A DNA stretch of 64,000 nt from Fistulifera solaris (taxonomy: Eukaryota): positions 1,054,001 through 1,118,000 of the forward strand of contig AP026133.1 in assembly GCA_030295235.1 (NCBI GenBank). The letters are read 5' to 3'. Below the pieces are notes generated by a model. The model was given only the letters and a program-made list of their open reading frames with translations. It made no database searches and had not been told where the DNA came from. A program made the translations under genes and the position numbers. Below are positions 22,832-35,908 of this stretch, piece by piece (the stretch's first letter is position 1; each line of letters begins with the position of its first letter).

Positions 22832-24744
22832 ATGTTGCGTCGCACACCGCCGCTCCAGATGAGTGCAGGAATGCGCCGTATCCTTAAAAATAAGGGACGT
22901 GTCATAGACTATATTCGTCAATCCGTTAAAGCAGGGACGTATCGTACGTCAGAAGAGCTGGAGCAAGTGATGAAAGAACGCAACGATTCGGATGACGATC
23001 TCCGCGTTGTTATGCGGAGATTTCGTCAAGATATTATCCGTGGATCTCAAATTCACGATTATCCGATCGAATATCGTATCCTCGAGCAACATCCGCCGAT
23101 TCCGGATCCTCCTGTCATTCCCAAAAAGTATTTACGAACCATGCCCAAACAACCCAATCCAGTTGAACCTCTAGTAGAGAAATATTACCGACGACAACAG
23201 CGCGTTGAGGAAGAAGAGTCGACACAGCTTAGCGTGGAAGAATACTATCGCCGCCTGTTGGGGGTGCCTGCCCCGTCTCTGGCGGGGTCTTCCGGTTCCT
23301 CGACATCCCTGGCCCTGAAACCGGCTTCATTGCAAAAGGCTTACGCTGCTGCCATTACTCATTATAAGCTTCAGCGGACTCAGAATATGTCGGATGAGGA
23401 CGCCGTTCAGGCCGTAGATGAATTGCTCAAAGAGCAAGAAAAAACGGAAATTCAAGTCAGTGGACAGCGTGCCCAAGCTGTCGCGAAAGCAAACCCTCGT
23501 ATGATCGGCAACCAGTATGCACCAAAGATCAAATCAAATAAGACCAATGAAGACGCTGAAGAAACTAACGAATTGGGTGCTGACAAGACGCTGGATAGCA
23601 TTTTTGCGGATAATCCCCGCCTTATTGAAGGGATGATGCGATGGAGTGATCGCTTGCAGGCTGTACCCTACCGAGAATGGACGGTTGGTTCCTCAACTGC
23701 TTTGGATCATTGGATTGCTCGGTGCATCTTGGGATTGTCCGAAGAGACCTGGTGGAGTGTAGTCGAAGGCGACGAATATTCCGCCGTGGGCCGCGATATT
23801 GTTGCTGTTCGCGAAGCTCTTTTCCGGAAACTGGTGGAAGTTTAGCAGCCCAGCAGGAAGATGAAGAAAACGATGAAATTGAAGAGGAAGACATTTCCAC
23901 GAGTGGAAAAACAGTCGAGGAGTTGTTAGCTTCGTTGGGTGCGCTTAAAGTTTCGGATGATGAGGCAAAGACCTCCGTTTCAGAGGAACAGGAACCGATG
24001 GCACATGAATTGGATCAATTAGTCGATCAATTACAGGTCTGGCGCAAAAAGCAATTGAAGACTCCTTATGCACAGTGGTCCACCGAAGAACAAACTTCAT
24101 TTGATTCGTGGCTAAAAAATGAATATGTGGCTCAGGTCATGCCCGGCTCCCAAGGTGAGATCGACTTCACTGCAACCCGAGAGGCATTACTCTCAGACCC
24201 TCCTATAGATAGCCGAGCCGAGTCAGACGCTTTTTGGGATGCCCTACAAGATGAACGCACGGCGCGAGCTTGGCTTGAACAGCACAGCGAACAGCGCCTC
24301 CCCGCCGCTGCCGCACCTTGGATACCTGGGGGTTTTTGGAAGCTTTCCGAGTCCGAGCAATTGGATCGTATTCTGAATTTAGGCGCACTTCGTCCACTTC
24401 TGGATGAGTATGCAACGCCGAGTGGTCGTGCAGCTTTCTTACAAGAACATTTAACAACTCTCTTAACTGGCGTACCCTTGGAGCATTTTGTACGTGACGA
24501 TTTGGGACCAATCGAAGCATCCGAAATTGGGAAGAAAGAAGGTCGGTTCAGTATGGAAAAGCAAGCCTTTGGTGAAAATGCGAATGTCATTCTGCAGGCA
24601 TGGAATCAGCAAAAGGCAGGTCGTGCAAAATACGAAGAGCGGTTATTTCAAACTGGGCGTCTCGGTTTGCGATACTCTGATAAATTACCCTCAGAAAGCG
24701 AGATATCCGATGCAAACGAAGATAAGAGGAATCAACAAACTTAG
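22832..24744 (+). CDS. Putative mitochondrial protein with mS23 (MRPS23/RSM25)-like N-terminus and long acidic extension (frameshift near 23822)
   Basis: Arg-rich presequence-like start, YRILEQHPP motif and YKLQRTQNMSDEDAVQAV helix. ORFs 22832..23845 and 23677..24744 join at REALF/PETGG. Confidence 0.5.
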
Positions 24745-24843
24745 TTCGAAATGGAGAACAGCTTTTATTTTGGAAAGGATTCGGCACTTACAACAAGAAA
24801 TAGTTTAAGGGGAGTATCACATACACTTAAGTTGAATTATATA

Positions 24844-27490
24844 TTATTGAACTATAGATCGAACTGGACTTTGATGAAGTGGCGCGGACTGCATGTTATA
24901 GCCACTTCGAAATGTATTGCCTTGGGAAGGTGAATAGAAATATCCAGTGCGTTGTCCAGGTACTTGTTGCTGAATCACGTACGATTGCTGCGGAAACATT
25001 GCGGGTTGCTGCTGATGATGAAAGTATCCAGTTGGGTATCCAGGATGATATTGAGGTTGATGAGGGTGCGAGGAGTAATATGGATGGACTGGTGGATGAA
25101 TACCTTCTTCACCCCAAGAGCGAGACATCGAAGCCGACATTGATGCTGTCATGTCGGCTGATCTTGATTGGTGAAGTCCTCGGATATGTTTCTTCGATCC
25201 AGAATGGTTTCTTTTTTTTCTTGCTGAACATTTCCGTCAATATCTTTGTTCCTCGAAACTTATAGCGCTTTCGATGTTCGTGACTTGGTGCTTCGTAGAT
25301 GGACATAATCTCATCGTGGACATCCGTGAAGTACTGCTCTTCAAGGGGACCGAACGTTACTTTCTTCTCCTGCGAGTTCTTTTTCAAGATTCCGACCGGA
25401 GTGTGTGGCGCTTGATGCTGCCCTTGAGACCAACCTTGTTGTATTGTCTTATTTGCATCAGGTGTTTGATCCTTATCTGGCTCGGTCATCATAAGGGATG
25501 AAGCAAGTTGTTCAGCGATTGATGTCGTACTACCTCGAAGTCGCTCCCAAGCCTGTCTTGTACGTTCCTCCCAACTCAATTCCTCGGCTTTCTTACTCTC
25601 CAGCGTTTCTCCTGAATGAAGATGTCCGACACCAGAAGGGTAGGGAGTGCCTCCATAGTACACCTGCATTTCATCTGTTGGAGAATGTGGCAATGACGAC
25701 TGGTAAGCATAAGGACCAGATTTGTCCACGATCTGTCCGTATAAATTTTGATTCGAATAAAAAGGCAAGGGAGGTAGAGGCTGCTGGCTTTCAACATCCG
25801 GGCCCAGCCGTTGCTGGTTCCCAAAGGGTGAACGTGACCGACGACCAGGTGACTGGCTTCGACTGCGCCGACTTGGAGATCGACTTCTGCGTAGACTGAA
25901 GCGATCTCTCGACAATGCTTTTCCTTTCACCACATGCCGGTCTTCTCGGTCACTTGTCCATTTTCCTTGATCCATCGGGATCACACTTAGAGGAAGAGGA
26001 GCGTCCTGTCGGGATGCCGTAATGAAGCTTTGCCGGTCAAACAGATCATCGTTTGTTGGACGATCTCCAAGTCCTTGACGGTAGGCTGTTATGTAGCTTT
26101 GACGATCACTATCATCCATGGCATTGTATCCGACTTCGGAAAGAGCAGGATCGAAAGCATTTCGATATGCTGTTATCATACTCTGGCGCTCGAAAGAGTC
26201 ATCAATCGCCGACCCGTTGTTTTGGAAAGTACCACCCACAAAGGTCTTCGTGGCATGGAGATTTCGATCAAAACTCTCGCTTTTTCCAATACATCCAGGT
26301 GATGGACTGTGCGATCGCTTTCCGGTCTCGCCAATTGAATTGCGACGTTCAGCAGAGCCACTGTAGACACCCCGGGAAGGACCAGGAGATGATGCACGAC
26401 GCCCGTTTTTGCTTTGAGAAACTTTTGGCAGCCAGGATGATTTCTTGTTTTTCTCTGGTTTGCTGGCGGGAAAAATGGGCATACTCTGATCCCAGTCATC
26501 GTCTTCATTCGTTTTGCTACGAGAAGGTGATTTACCACGTTTAGACGTTATCACTGGATCCACCCCTTGCCGTGCTGGAGAGCGTCGGCGACCGCGCCCT
26601 CGGTTTTCTGGATCGGACTCGTACCCCTCCAAGCTATTTAAACCATTCTTTTCACCGCGTTTCCTTGGCCAAATTCGCTTCAACGACGAGAATCTCGACC
26701 CGCTCTTGACCGAAGAGTCAGCAGATGGAACCGACGCGATCAGACCGTCACCCATTTTTTCATCCTCTCCTTCCAGATAATCAAAAGGTTGCTTTGGTCG
26801 TCGATGATGTTCTACACGGTGTACTACCTGCCTATCGTTGCCCTCATTTTCCCTAGGAGTGGGTACATCCTTCGTCTGACCGCATTCCATGTGGACGGCT
26901 CCGCAGATATCGGCAATCAATCCGCAGTTTCCCGGTGGTGGCGGTGGAGGAGGTGGTGGAAGACGCACTTTGCTGGATTGTACGACACCGCTGTCATCCG
27001 AATCCGAACTGTCTTCTTCCATAGCCCGTTGCATGGCTGCTTTCTTCTTCGTATAGTCCGACTCTTCGGCTTTCTTGGCAGCCATCATGGCGTGCTTCTT
27101 CTCCAATTCCGTCAAGTCGTACTTCGCTAATGCTTCTTTCGCTTTCGTCGGCGACTTTACCAGTCCTACTTCAGCGCATCCATCTACGACGCTCTCAATG
27201 ACATTGCAGTGCACTTCTGTGGCCGGAGGTTTCGGATATGAGGCTTCGACGCGTTGACTCCAACGCACACCTTTTTTGCTCCCAGACGTGGCTTCGCTGA
27301 TAGTCGTAAGATTGCTTTCACTGCGACGGAACATTTTCGGCGCCCGTAAGATGCCACGATGCTTCTTCTTTTTTGCGGGAGGCTCGTAGTGACAGAAGAG
27401 TCCATTCAACATTTCTTCAGCAATGTCATCCAGCGTACCTTGAACGGCGACTGGTCGATCCGTCGAAACCAAAGTGGCGACAGGTAACAT
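24844..27490 (-). CDS. Large disordered Ser/Arg/Pro-rich hypothetical protein (probable frameshift near 25135)
   Basis: 793-aa ORF with a poly-Pro tract and RSRSP repeats, followed by a Q/H/Y-rich continuation in the 24844..25152 frame. Confidence 0.65.
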
Positions 27491-28001
27491 GGCTCGATTG
27501 ATGGGTCCTCACCGCTGTAACTCGAATTCGCAATGCAACTAACTTTTTCTTGTTTCGATGTTGTTTCAGGAGGATGTCCTTGTTGTTGCTGTAACTTGGT
27601 GCTGGTATGAGCAATGTGTTGCACCTCTTGTTCGCGTGGATTGGCGAAAGGAACAAAAAGTGATCGCCAAACAAAACGAAGGGCCAGATTCGTGGGTTAA
27701 CGTTTAGTGGAGAGCAAGGAGCGTTAAACACTTTTAAATAGGTAATTCGAACCTGACTAAATGGAATATTTCATTATCTTTTGATATGTACCCCCAAATT
27801 TCGTACGGGGCTAAATAAAAGATACACTATAGCCGAAGATGTACTTGAATGGAGTGAGAAGCTGGCAGGCGGATAATTTTCCCGCTTTGATGCGAGACGA
27901 AAAAATAAGGTCGTGGTGATGTTGCCCGCAATTACGTTTTATTAAACCTTCTTATTGAGAAGCTTTGCAGAGCACCTCTGCCTCTGCCTCTGCCTCACAC
28001 A

Positions 28002-31000
28002 ATGGCTTCCGTGCAGAAAAGTATCAAACCAAGTCGAAGAGAAAAAGAAATCGATTCTGCACCAGCAATTATGCTTACAGACGAAAGTGACGACGCTAAT
28101 TCCCCGGTACCCTTGACGCGCAAGGTCGAGCGATGGAAGTGTGATATTTGTTGTGTTCAGACATTTCCTACAAAAGAAGAATGTATTTCTCATGAAGAGA
28201 TTTGCAGTACGAATCGCAAAATAGAATCGCAGGAATCGGAAAAGAAACTACATCCGTTTTTTCAGTCTTCGAAGAGAAAAGCACCTCGTCCGTCGGAGCC
28301 GAAACGAGTCAAGAAAACAAAGGCAAACAGTAAAGCTTCGAAAGATCAATATGTCATTGAAATTGATGATACGAGTCTAACAGAAACAGCAAACAAAGGC
28401 ACTACCTCTCAATCGAGTACAAGCAGCAATGCTTTAAACGAGATGGCCGCTGCTTTAGGAGTCAGTCCAGCAACTTTGTTGGCCGAACAAAAGGCATTTG
28501 AACGTCAAGCAGACCGCATGAAACAACAGAACGCAGGCGTTGCAACGAAGTCATCATCGGTCGATGATCAAAAGTCATTATCGCAGTGGAAGGCCCAATT
28601 TTCGTATGGCGCGACAATGAATGGGAATAAGTTAGCGAAGGAAAGCAAACCGACGGAAGAAACGACGAACAAAGAGCTGAATGCTTTGGCAACTGCCCTT
28701 GGTGTAAATCCTGCTTCTCTGTTAGCCGAGCAAAGAGCACTAGAGAATCAAGCGAATCGTCAGAAAAGAAAAGCGCCGGATGAAGTTAAATCGTCACGCA
28801 ATGAAGAAGTCGTAGCGTCATCCACCGCTGTACTCCACGACCCGATCAAGCGTCGTAAAGGAGCGGCTCCAATGTTTCCGAGCCCGAATCATGTCATGCC
28901 GGTGGAGGATGACGTTATTCTATCAACGGATAGTCAAGGTTGGCTCACGTCAGGTCGTCTTGAAATGATGAAGCGTCGATGGGTTGCACAATCACTCTCT
29001 TACGAACGTGTGCAGGACAAAGATTACGAACCAGTGCGTCACTTAAATGAGAATACTACTTCATGGGAACCACAAAATAAGTCAGACAACTTGTTCGATT
29101 TTTTTGTCCAAGAATCTGAGAGTTTTACCGAACCGCAATTCGTCCACAGAGTTATGGGTGGATCGTTTCCGCATGAAAAACTTGCCTGAGGATCTTTGTG
29201 GTAACAGGCATCAGCTGGCCGAACTCGAAGCATTTTTGAAGCAATGGAAAGAGGCTCGACAGAAGTGCTTAACGCACATGGCGAGTAAACATGTCAAGAC
29301 CAAGGAAACGAAAGCTAAGAAGTACAAAGATGACGATAGCTTATGGGAGGATTCGGATACCGAAGACAATTTTGAATTACCCAGTCTTTGCGTCGTGTCG
29401 GGTCCTGTGGGTTGTGGGAAATCTGGCTTGGTGCGGGCCGTGGTCGAGTCTCACGGCTGTCGATTGTTTGAGTTAAGTACCGCTGAAAAACGTGGTGCCG
29501 GTGCATTGAAGCGAGCCATTGGTGAGGCGACTCAGAGTTTATCTTCATCTGAATTGATGCGGAATTCCAAGAAGAATTCAATTTTTGGGATTAGCACTGT
29601 CGAAAATGCAGAAGTTGACTCTGAAAGCTCATTGACTGCGATCCTATTAGACGAAGTAGATATTCTTTTCGAAAGCAACGGCGACGGAGGCTTCTGGCAG
29701 GCGCTTCATGATTTGTCTAGAAAGTCCAAATGCCCTATCTTTCTGACGACAAACAATTTGGAGTCGCCAACTTTTTATTCCGAACACGTCCAGATGGAAC
29801 GACCGCGACCCGAAGAATGTATTCATCGCTTGCGTCGATGTATACGGGAGAGTATGGCTTTTCAATTTGTATCCCAATCGGAAGAGGACCAAGACGAATT
29901 TCTCAGCGAGTTCGCTCGTTTATGTGGACTCGACATGAGAAAAGTCACACATGAACTGCACGCATACTCGCATTCCCATTTACAAGGATCCGACACGGTG
30001 GACTTGACAGAAGATGACGAGGCATCCGTAATGCCAGAAATATCTGTTTGCGACAAGCGAGAATGCTTTGAGATTCCGTCGCTGAGCTACGTACATCCAA
30101 ACCGAGTTGATTCTGATCAGTACAGTCTACTGGAAATCACGGGCAAAAGATTTTCAGTCTTCGCCGAGACCTCCGGAGAACCGAACGGTTCTAGCAAACG
30201 AGGTGTGGCTGTCAATGTGTGCATTGGTGATCAACAGTGCCCAGTAGCTCGAATTCTTAGCGACGACACAATCATGGCCGTATACCCACGCCGAGCCGAG
30301 GGTAGGGGATACAGAAACTTATTACATTATGAACAGGTTAAGATTGCATCATTACGTCGGACAGGTATCACGTCCACGACTTTCAGCGGCTTCTTCTCTA
30401 AGACGTTAGCAGACGGAAGCGCACTATTAACAGAGCACGTGCCAGTCAACGTCCAGTTCTTTCAAGGCCAAGGCACGGCAAGCGATATTCCAAAAACAAA
30501 GCAACATGAGAGCTACGACAGTGAGTCCGATGAAGAGTTTGAGTTTCAGGACGAAGATCACGTCAACATGCACAAGGACATTGCATACAATCACGTTTTT
30601 TATGACGACGGAGAAGTGTTGAGGATATTGAATGATGGTATCGACGCATGGTTGACAAGGCACCCTGAAGTGCATGAATTCAGTACCCGAACAACCAACA
30701 TAGTGCCTGAGAAATGTGGCACCAAGGATTTAATACAGCTATGCATCGATACTCAGTTAGCTAGTGATGCCGCTTTGCTGGAAGATATTGGACTGGACGG
30801 CCTTCCATATCTCACCGGGTCCGTACCTGGATTCGGATACAACTTGACCGAAGCGTATCCTTTGTGTCGTAACGAGTCAAGCAAAAGGTAAGTAAATCTG
30901 CGGCAATTTTGCAGAGACAACAAAGATCAATCCGTCTTACGCCGCTTTTCTCGCAACACCAGACCGCCTTCTGAAAGCTCTCTTTATCAAACAGGGTGGA

Positions 31001-31757
31001 AAGACGATTGCGGATTCTACGGCAGTCCCAATGCTCTCATGACATTTCCACTTACTCGAACAGAGAGGCTGTTACTTGTTAACACCGAGAGGTTAGAACG
31101 TGGACTGGCACTTCCTAAACAAGTCGTGAAGTGTGACAATGAGGAGAATGCAGAAGATGGTGTAGCTCCTACTTTTCGCGACTATGAGGACTTTTTTTCT
31201 TTCTAATCCAGTTCCCTTAGGTATCATGTCACTGCCGTATGTTTTGCGAGAAGCCAGGTCGAAAACGAAAGACTCGTACGCGGTTACTGATTCCCGAACA
31301 ATTCGTTACGAGAAAGCCAGACGATTGCGAGAAGGTGTTATACAAACATTGCAGTCCACCCTTTTCGCGGAAGAAGCGCTACCGCCTCTTTTGTTTTTTT
31401 GCGAATGTCCATCGGACTCTTCACCCCTTGTCACCGGAATGGATGAAGATCGAAAAACGGTTCTTTTTAGATTACTTTCCTTTCCTACGATGGCTTGGTG
31501 TTTGTGACCGAGCGGCGGAACGGGCGTATAAAGTAGGCAATTCTAGCAAAGCTGCTTCGGCGGATCACCGGCCTAAGAAACGAACGACACGTCAAGCCAC
31601 CCGTAAAGGTTTTTCAAATGTTTGGGAAGCAATAACGCCTTCGAGCGTGTGGGGAGAGAAAGACGAAGAAGGTAACAACCCGGGAGCATCGAAACTGACG
31701 AATATGCTAGCTGATCTTGCGATGTACAAAATTAATTGCACTCCTGTTGAGATGTAA
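28002..31757 (+). CDS. ELG1/ATAD5-like RFC large subunit (AAA+); intron 30888-30962; frameshifts near 29100, 31195 and 31465
   Basis: LWVDRF (RFC box II), GPVGCGKS Walker A, ILLDEVDILF Walker B, DGGFWQAL and SKCPIFLTTN. Confidence 0.8.
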
Positions 31758-32619
31758 ATACAAAACATGATTTCACTTCAAGTATCAATTAGGTACATAA
31801 CGAGTTGACTACTTTCATGAAAGTTAACGACTTCATTTCCGCACTTTGTGTTCATAGAAAACACTTTCTTGTGATTAGCATCAGATTGTTTGACTTTTCC
31901 GGTCTGTCAAAATGTGATGAAACATATGAACTTTTAACTTATGCATCGATTTGAGCAAAGGACATTACCGTTCCTCATTTCCTCTCCTATTTTCAGAATA
32001 ATTACAACTCATCGAAGAAAGAGCGTTTTTCATGGGAAACAAAGAAGATGGATGCGCGTCGAAGAGCTTCGACGATGAGGGTCGCCGACGGAACGTCCTC
32101 ATAAACTTGGAAATCAAAGGCAGCACTCCACTTCGCGGTCACTTAATACAATACCAATGTGTTTCATAGCGTGAATGATGATAATCATTTGAAGAACTGC
32201 AAAGATGGGGTTGAATAACCATCCAGAGGTCAACAATTCCAGGTGTTGGGTCCTGGACAAATCGCCTGGCGTTCTGGCGCGAAGACCATGTTACGTAGTA
32301 TTATGCAGTACCCCAGTATTTCGGGCGGGGTAATACCTGGTAATGTACTTTGTAGACGAGAAGTGTGGACGACTCGGTTTTCAAGTTCATGTCGCAATGT
32401 GTCTAAAAATATAACCTTAAACGGGATAACTCCTCTTATACGGAATTGCTTTTACCACGTTCTCCTTTTGATCTTAGCCTCAACCTCAAATGTTCATAAA
32501 CACTAAAATATTTACTCCTAATTATTTATTAAAGTCAGAATGTAATTTGAATTTTCCATTTGTCGTTTCATTTTACGGTCGGAGTGCCAGGTATCATCTA
32601 CGGAGTATTTTTGAGAGTC

Positions 32620-32856
32620 CTTCGTTTTGAACGATAACCTTGTACGGGCTTACTTTTCCCACATTCTCCTTTTTGACCTTAACTTTAACCTTAAAAGGTT
32701 TCATTTTTTGTATGGAGTACGGATTGAGCATCATTTATTTTTTTCGTCTTTCGTTTGAACGATAATCTTATACGGGTATACTGGCTTACTTTTCCCACGT
32801 TCTCCTTTTGACCTTAACTTTAACCTTAAAGATTCATTTTTTGTACGGAGTACGGA
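32620..32856. repeat. Imperfect tandem duplication of an about 105-bp unit (32620-32723 and 32749-32856)
   Basis: Both copies contain TTTGAACGATAA, GGCTTACTTTTCCCAC, GACCTTAACTTTAACCTTAAA and GGAGTACGGA. Confidence 0.9.
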
Positions 32857-33105
32857 GGATGTTATAGGTCCTTGTGCCTGGTGCCTGGACCCTCTTTGAG
32901 ACTCGTGACTCGTAAATATTCCGGGACAGAGACAAGGGTCGTGTAGAAGTTTACGTCGCTTAGTCGTAGGATAAAGGAACCCGGACCTATTTGTCTGTAT
33001 GCCAACCGCAATAATTTGAGTTGGCGTGGAAACGGCGAAGCTTATTGTTGACTGGTTTGATGTTAATTGTCTTTCTTATTCTTATTGAATGCAATTTGAA
33101 AGACG

Positions 33106-34672
33106 ATGTTGACTCCGCAATCGGTTCTTCGCCCCGTGGCGAGTAGGCTTGCTGCGCGCCAAGCAAATCGCGTCTTTTCTTCGAAAGCAGAGACAAATTT
33201 GGCCGGGTAAGTGAGCGTTCCCTGCGGTGTGCCTCTGTTGCGGAGTGAGCTTTCTCACACACCATATCTCACAATATCTCTCAATATAAAGTGGTTTTAA
33301 TTTCCTTTCCGATCAAGATCGTATTTTCACAAATCTTTACGGTGAACAAGACTGGCGATTAAAAGACTCGATGAAGCGCGGTGATTGGCATTTGACGAAG
33401 GAAATCATGTGCATGGGCCCGGATTGGATCGTGCAAGAAATCAAAGACTCTGGCTTGCGCGGACGCGGAGGTGCCGGTTTCCCTTCGGGTCTCAAATGGA
33501 GCTTCATGCCCAAGAATACGGACGGTCGTCCTAGTTTCTTGGTAGTGAATGCCGATGAGAGTGAGCCAGGTACCTGCAAAGATCGTGAAATTATGCGAAA
33601 GGACCCTCATAAACTTGTCGAGGGATGCTTGCTGGCCGGGTATGCGATGCGTGCTCGTGCTGCTTACATTTACATCCGCGGTGAATACTTCAACGAGGCA
33701 GTTGTGATGGATGAAGCGATTCACGAAGCCTACAGCGCCGGATTGCTTGGAAAGAATGCATGCGGATCGGGATACGATTTTGATATTTATCTTCACCGCG
33801 GAGCTGGTGCCTACATCTGCGGAGAAGAGACTGCGTTGATTGAAAGCTTGGAAGGAAAGCAAGGAAAGCCTCGCCTCAAACCTCCGTTCCCTGCGGGTGT
33901 GGGTCTCTTCGGATGTCCTTCTACGGTGACCAACGTTGAAACCGTCGCTGTGGCGCCCACGATCCTGCGACGAGGAGCTTCCTGGTTTTCTTCCTTTGGA
34001 CGTGAAAACAATCGTGGAACCAAGCTCTTTGCGATTTCGGGTCATGTAAAGAATCCCATTGTTGTCGAGGAATCCATGTCGATTCCCCTACGCGAATTGA
34101 TTGACAAGCACTGTGGTGGTATGCGTACGGGATGGGACAACCTGCAAGCCTGTATTCCTGGAGGATCTTCTGTTCCAGTTCTCAATAAGAAGCTATGCGA
34201 TGAGGCCATCATGGATTTTGATGACTTGCGCTCCAAGGGGTCTGGATTAGGAACGGCGGCAGTCACCATGTTTGATAACACTGTTGATATGGTTGGTGCA
34301 ATTCGTCGCTTATCCCACTTCTACCAGCACGAATCGTGTGGTCAGTGCACTCCTTGCCGTGAGGGAACAGGCTGGCTTGAGGACATTTTGATTCGCATGG
34401 AAAAGGGAGATGCTGACAAGCGCGAAATTCCCATGCTTGAAGAAATATCTAGACAGATTGAGGGACACACCATTTGTGCTTTGGGAGATGCCGCAGCTTG
34501 GCCCGTCCAAGGTCTAATTCGTCACTTCAAGGCTGACATTGAGAAGCGAATTGATGATCCGTCTAGCTTTGATGCCGAAGCTGCTTTCCAAAAGGCTTGG
34601 AGTGGTGATCCTTTCGACAACGCCCAATGGACCCAAGAACATGGTGGAGGAAAAACATATGCCTCTGCTTAA
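33106..34672 (+). CDS. NDUFV1: NADH:ubiquinone oxidoreductase 51-kDa flavoprotein subunit (intron 33207-33291)
   Basis: [41 protein letters not shown] and [12 protein letters not shown] motifs; mitochondrial presequence in exon 1. Confidence 0.98.
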
Positions 34673-35059
34673 AGAGCTTACAAAAATCAATCTTTAGTGC
34701 ATGTTATACTTTCATTTCGTTTTGTTGTAAAATGATAGGAAAGCTGTAGGTCGGTCGATTAGACGTTCCAATCACGGATTGCATCAAATCACGAGAAAGA
34801 TTCTTGCTTACGTAAGTGATTCAGAGTGATAGGCAACTAAAATCCTTATACAACACCTGGATTACTATGACGTGGAAAGGATCCATCCGCGATCCGTCGT
34901 CCGACGAAAAAGATCGCGCCTTTGGATAAAGCAGCTTCATGATTGATGATGACACCATCACTGGGCAAGGTTATTAGGTATTGCAACAATCGTAATCAAT
35001 CTCTACTGCAATTCGTAAAATAAAGACGACAATTTACGACAACCTACTTGTGAGCAAAG

Positions 35060-35908
35060 ATGCTGTACCGAAAACTATTCGCTTTCACCGCTTTCTGGGC
35101 TGGCTGCAGTGCATTCACAGTGCAGGAACCAGCCAGTCGCCGAGTGACCTCTCTGAGTCTGTCGGAAGATAACATGACCACGGAAGGCTCACGTCGTTCA
35201 TTTCTTTCCCAAGCCGCCATTACGACTGGAATGGCTTGCTTTGGGGAAATATTGTCGTTGCAACCCGCGAATGCCGTCAGCGGAGTGAGTAAGGTAGACG
35301 CCAAGTTACGCGGTTACGGATTGCCGCCGTTGGGCCCAGTCCCCGATGGCTTTGCTCCTCTTCTCGAAATTTACGGCAAAGGGAAAAACCGTTTTCCCAT
35401 TCTTGTTTCCTTTTCGCATCCCATTACTTGGGTTGTTCAAACGCCGAGTAACGACGTGAATGGAGAGGATGGAACTGTGCAAGCGGGAGATTACGGAAAG
35501 GGCGACACAGCAACCTTTTTCGTCTATTCCGATCCGGGACATGTGAACGATATTGCTTCGCAACCAAAAGAATTGTTTGAGAAGGCATTGATGAAGTCCA
35601 TCGGCCAGAAAGGTGAGAATATGTACCAGAACTTCAAGGTCACCAAGTTAGTGCCCGTTACCAAAGCGGGCCAAACCTACGTAATGGCCGATTTCAAGTA
35701 CCAATTGTTGACGGGTGCTGGTTTTGAAGTGGATCGAAAAGGCGTTGCTAGTATTACTAGTGAAGGTCCTGCTGTGGAAGTTCTCTGGGCGGCCTCTACA
35801 TCGGCACGTTTCAAGAAGACGGAACAGAATCTTCGCAACATTGTCGACAGCTTTCGATGCTACACGGAAGGAATTAACATGTCCGATGAGTTGATGCAAT
35901 ACGATTGA
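35060..35908 (+). CDS. Thylakoid-lumen PsbP-domain-like protein
   Basis: Tripartite targeting: signal + CSAF, twin-Arg SRRSFL and ANA cleavage site. PsbP-like C-terminus ending IVDSFR. Confidence 0.75.
   Translation: MLYRKLFAFTAFWAGCSAFTVQEPASRRVTSLSLSEDNMTTEGSRRSFLSQAAITTGMACFGEILSLQPANAVSGVSKVDAKLRGYGLPPLGPVPDGFAPLLEIYGKGKNRFPILVSFSHPITWVVQTPSNDVNGEDGTVQAGDYGKGDTATFFVYSDPGHVNDIASQPKELFEKALMKSIGQKGENMYQNFKVTKLVPVTKAGQTYVMADFKYQLLTGAGFEVDRKGVASITSEGPAVEVLWAASTSARFKKTEQNLRNIVDSFRCYTEGINMSDELMQYD

Noticed and set aside
32057..32102. Two adjacent hairpins as a structured ncRNA
   Set aside because: Stems are short (7-8 bp), there are no box or promoter motifs, and such stems are expected by chance.
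33359..34045. 228-aa antisense ORF over NDUFV1
   Set aside because: Shadow ORF from codon bias of a conserved gene; no recognisable motifs.
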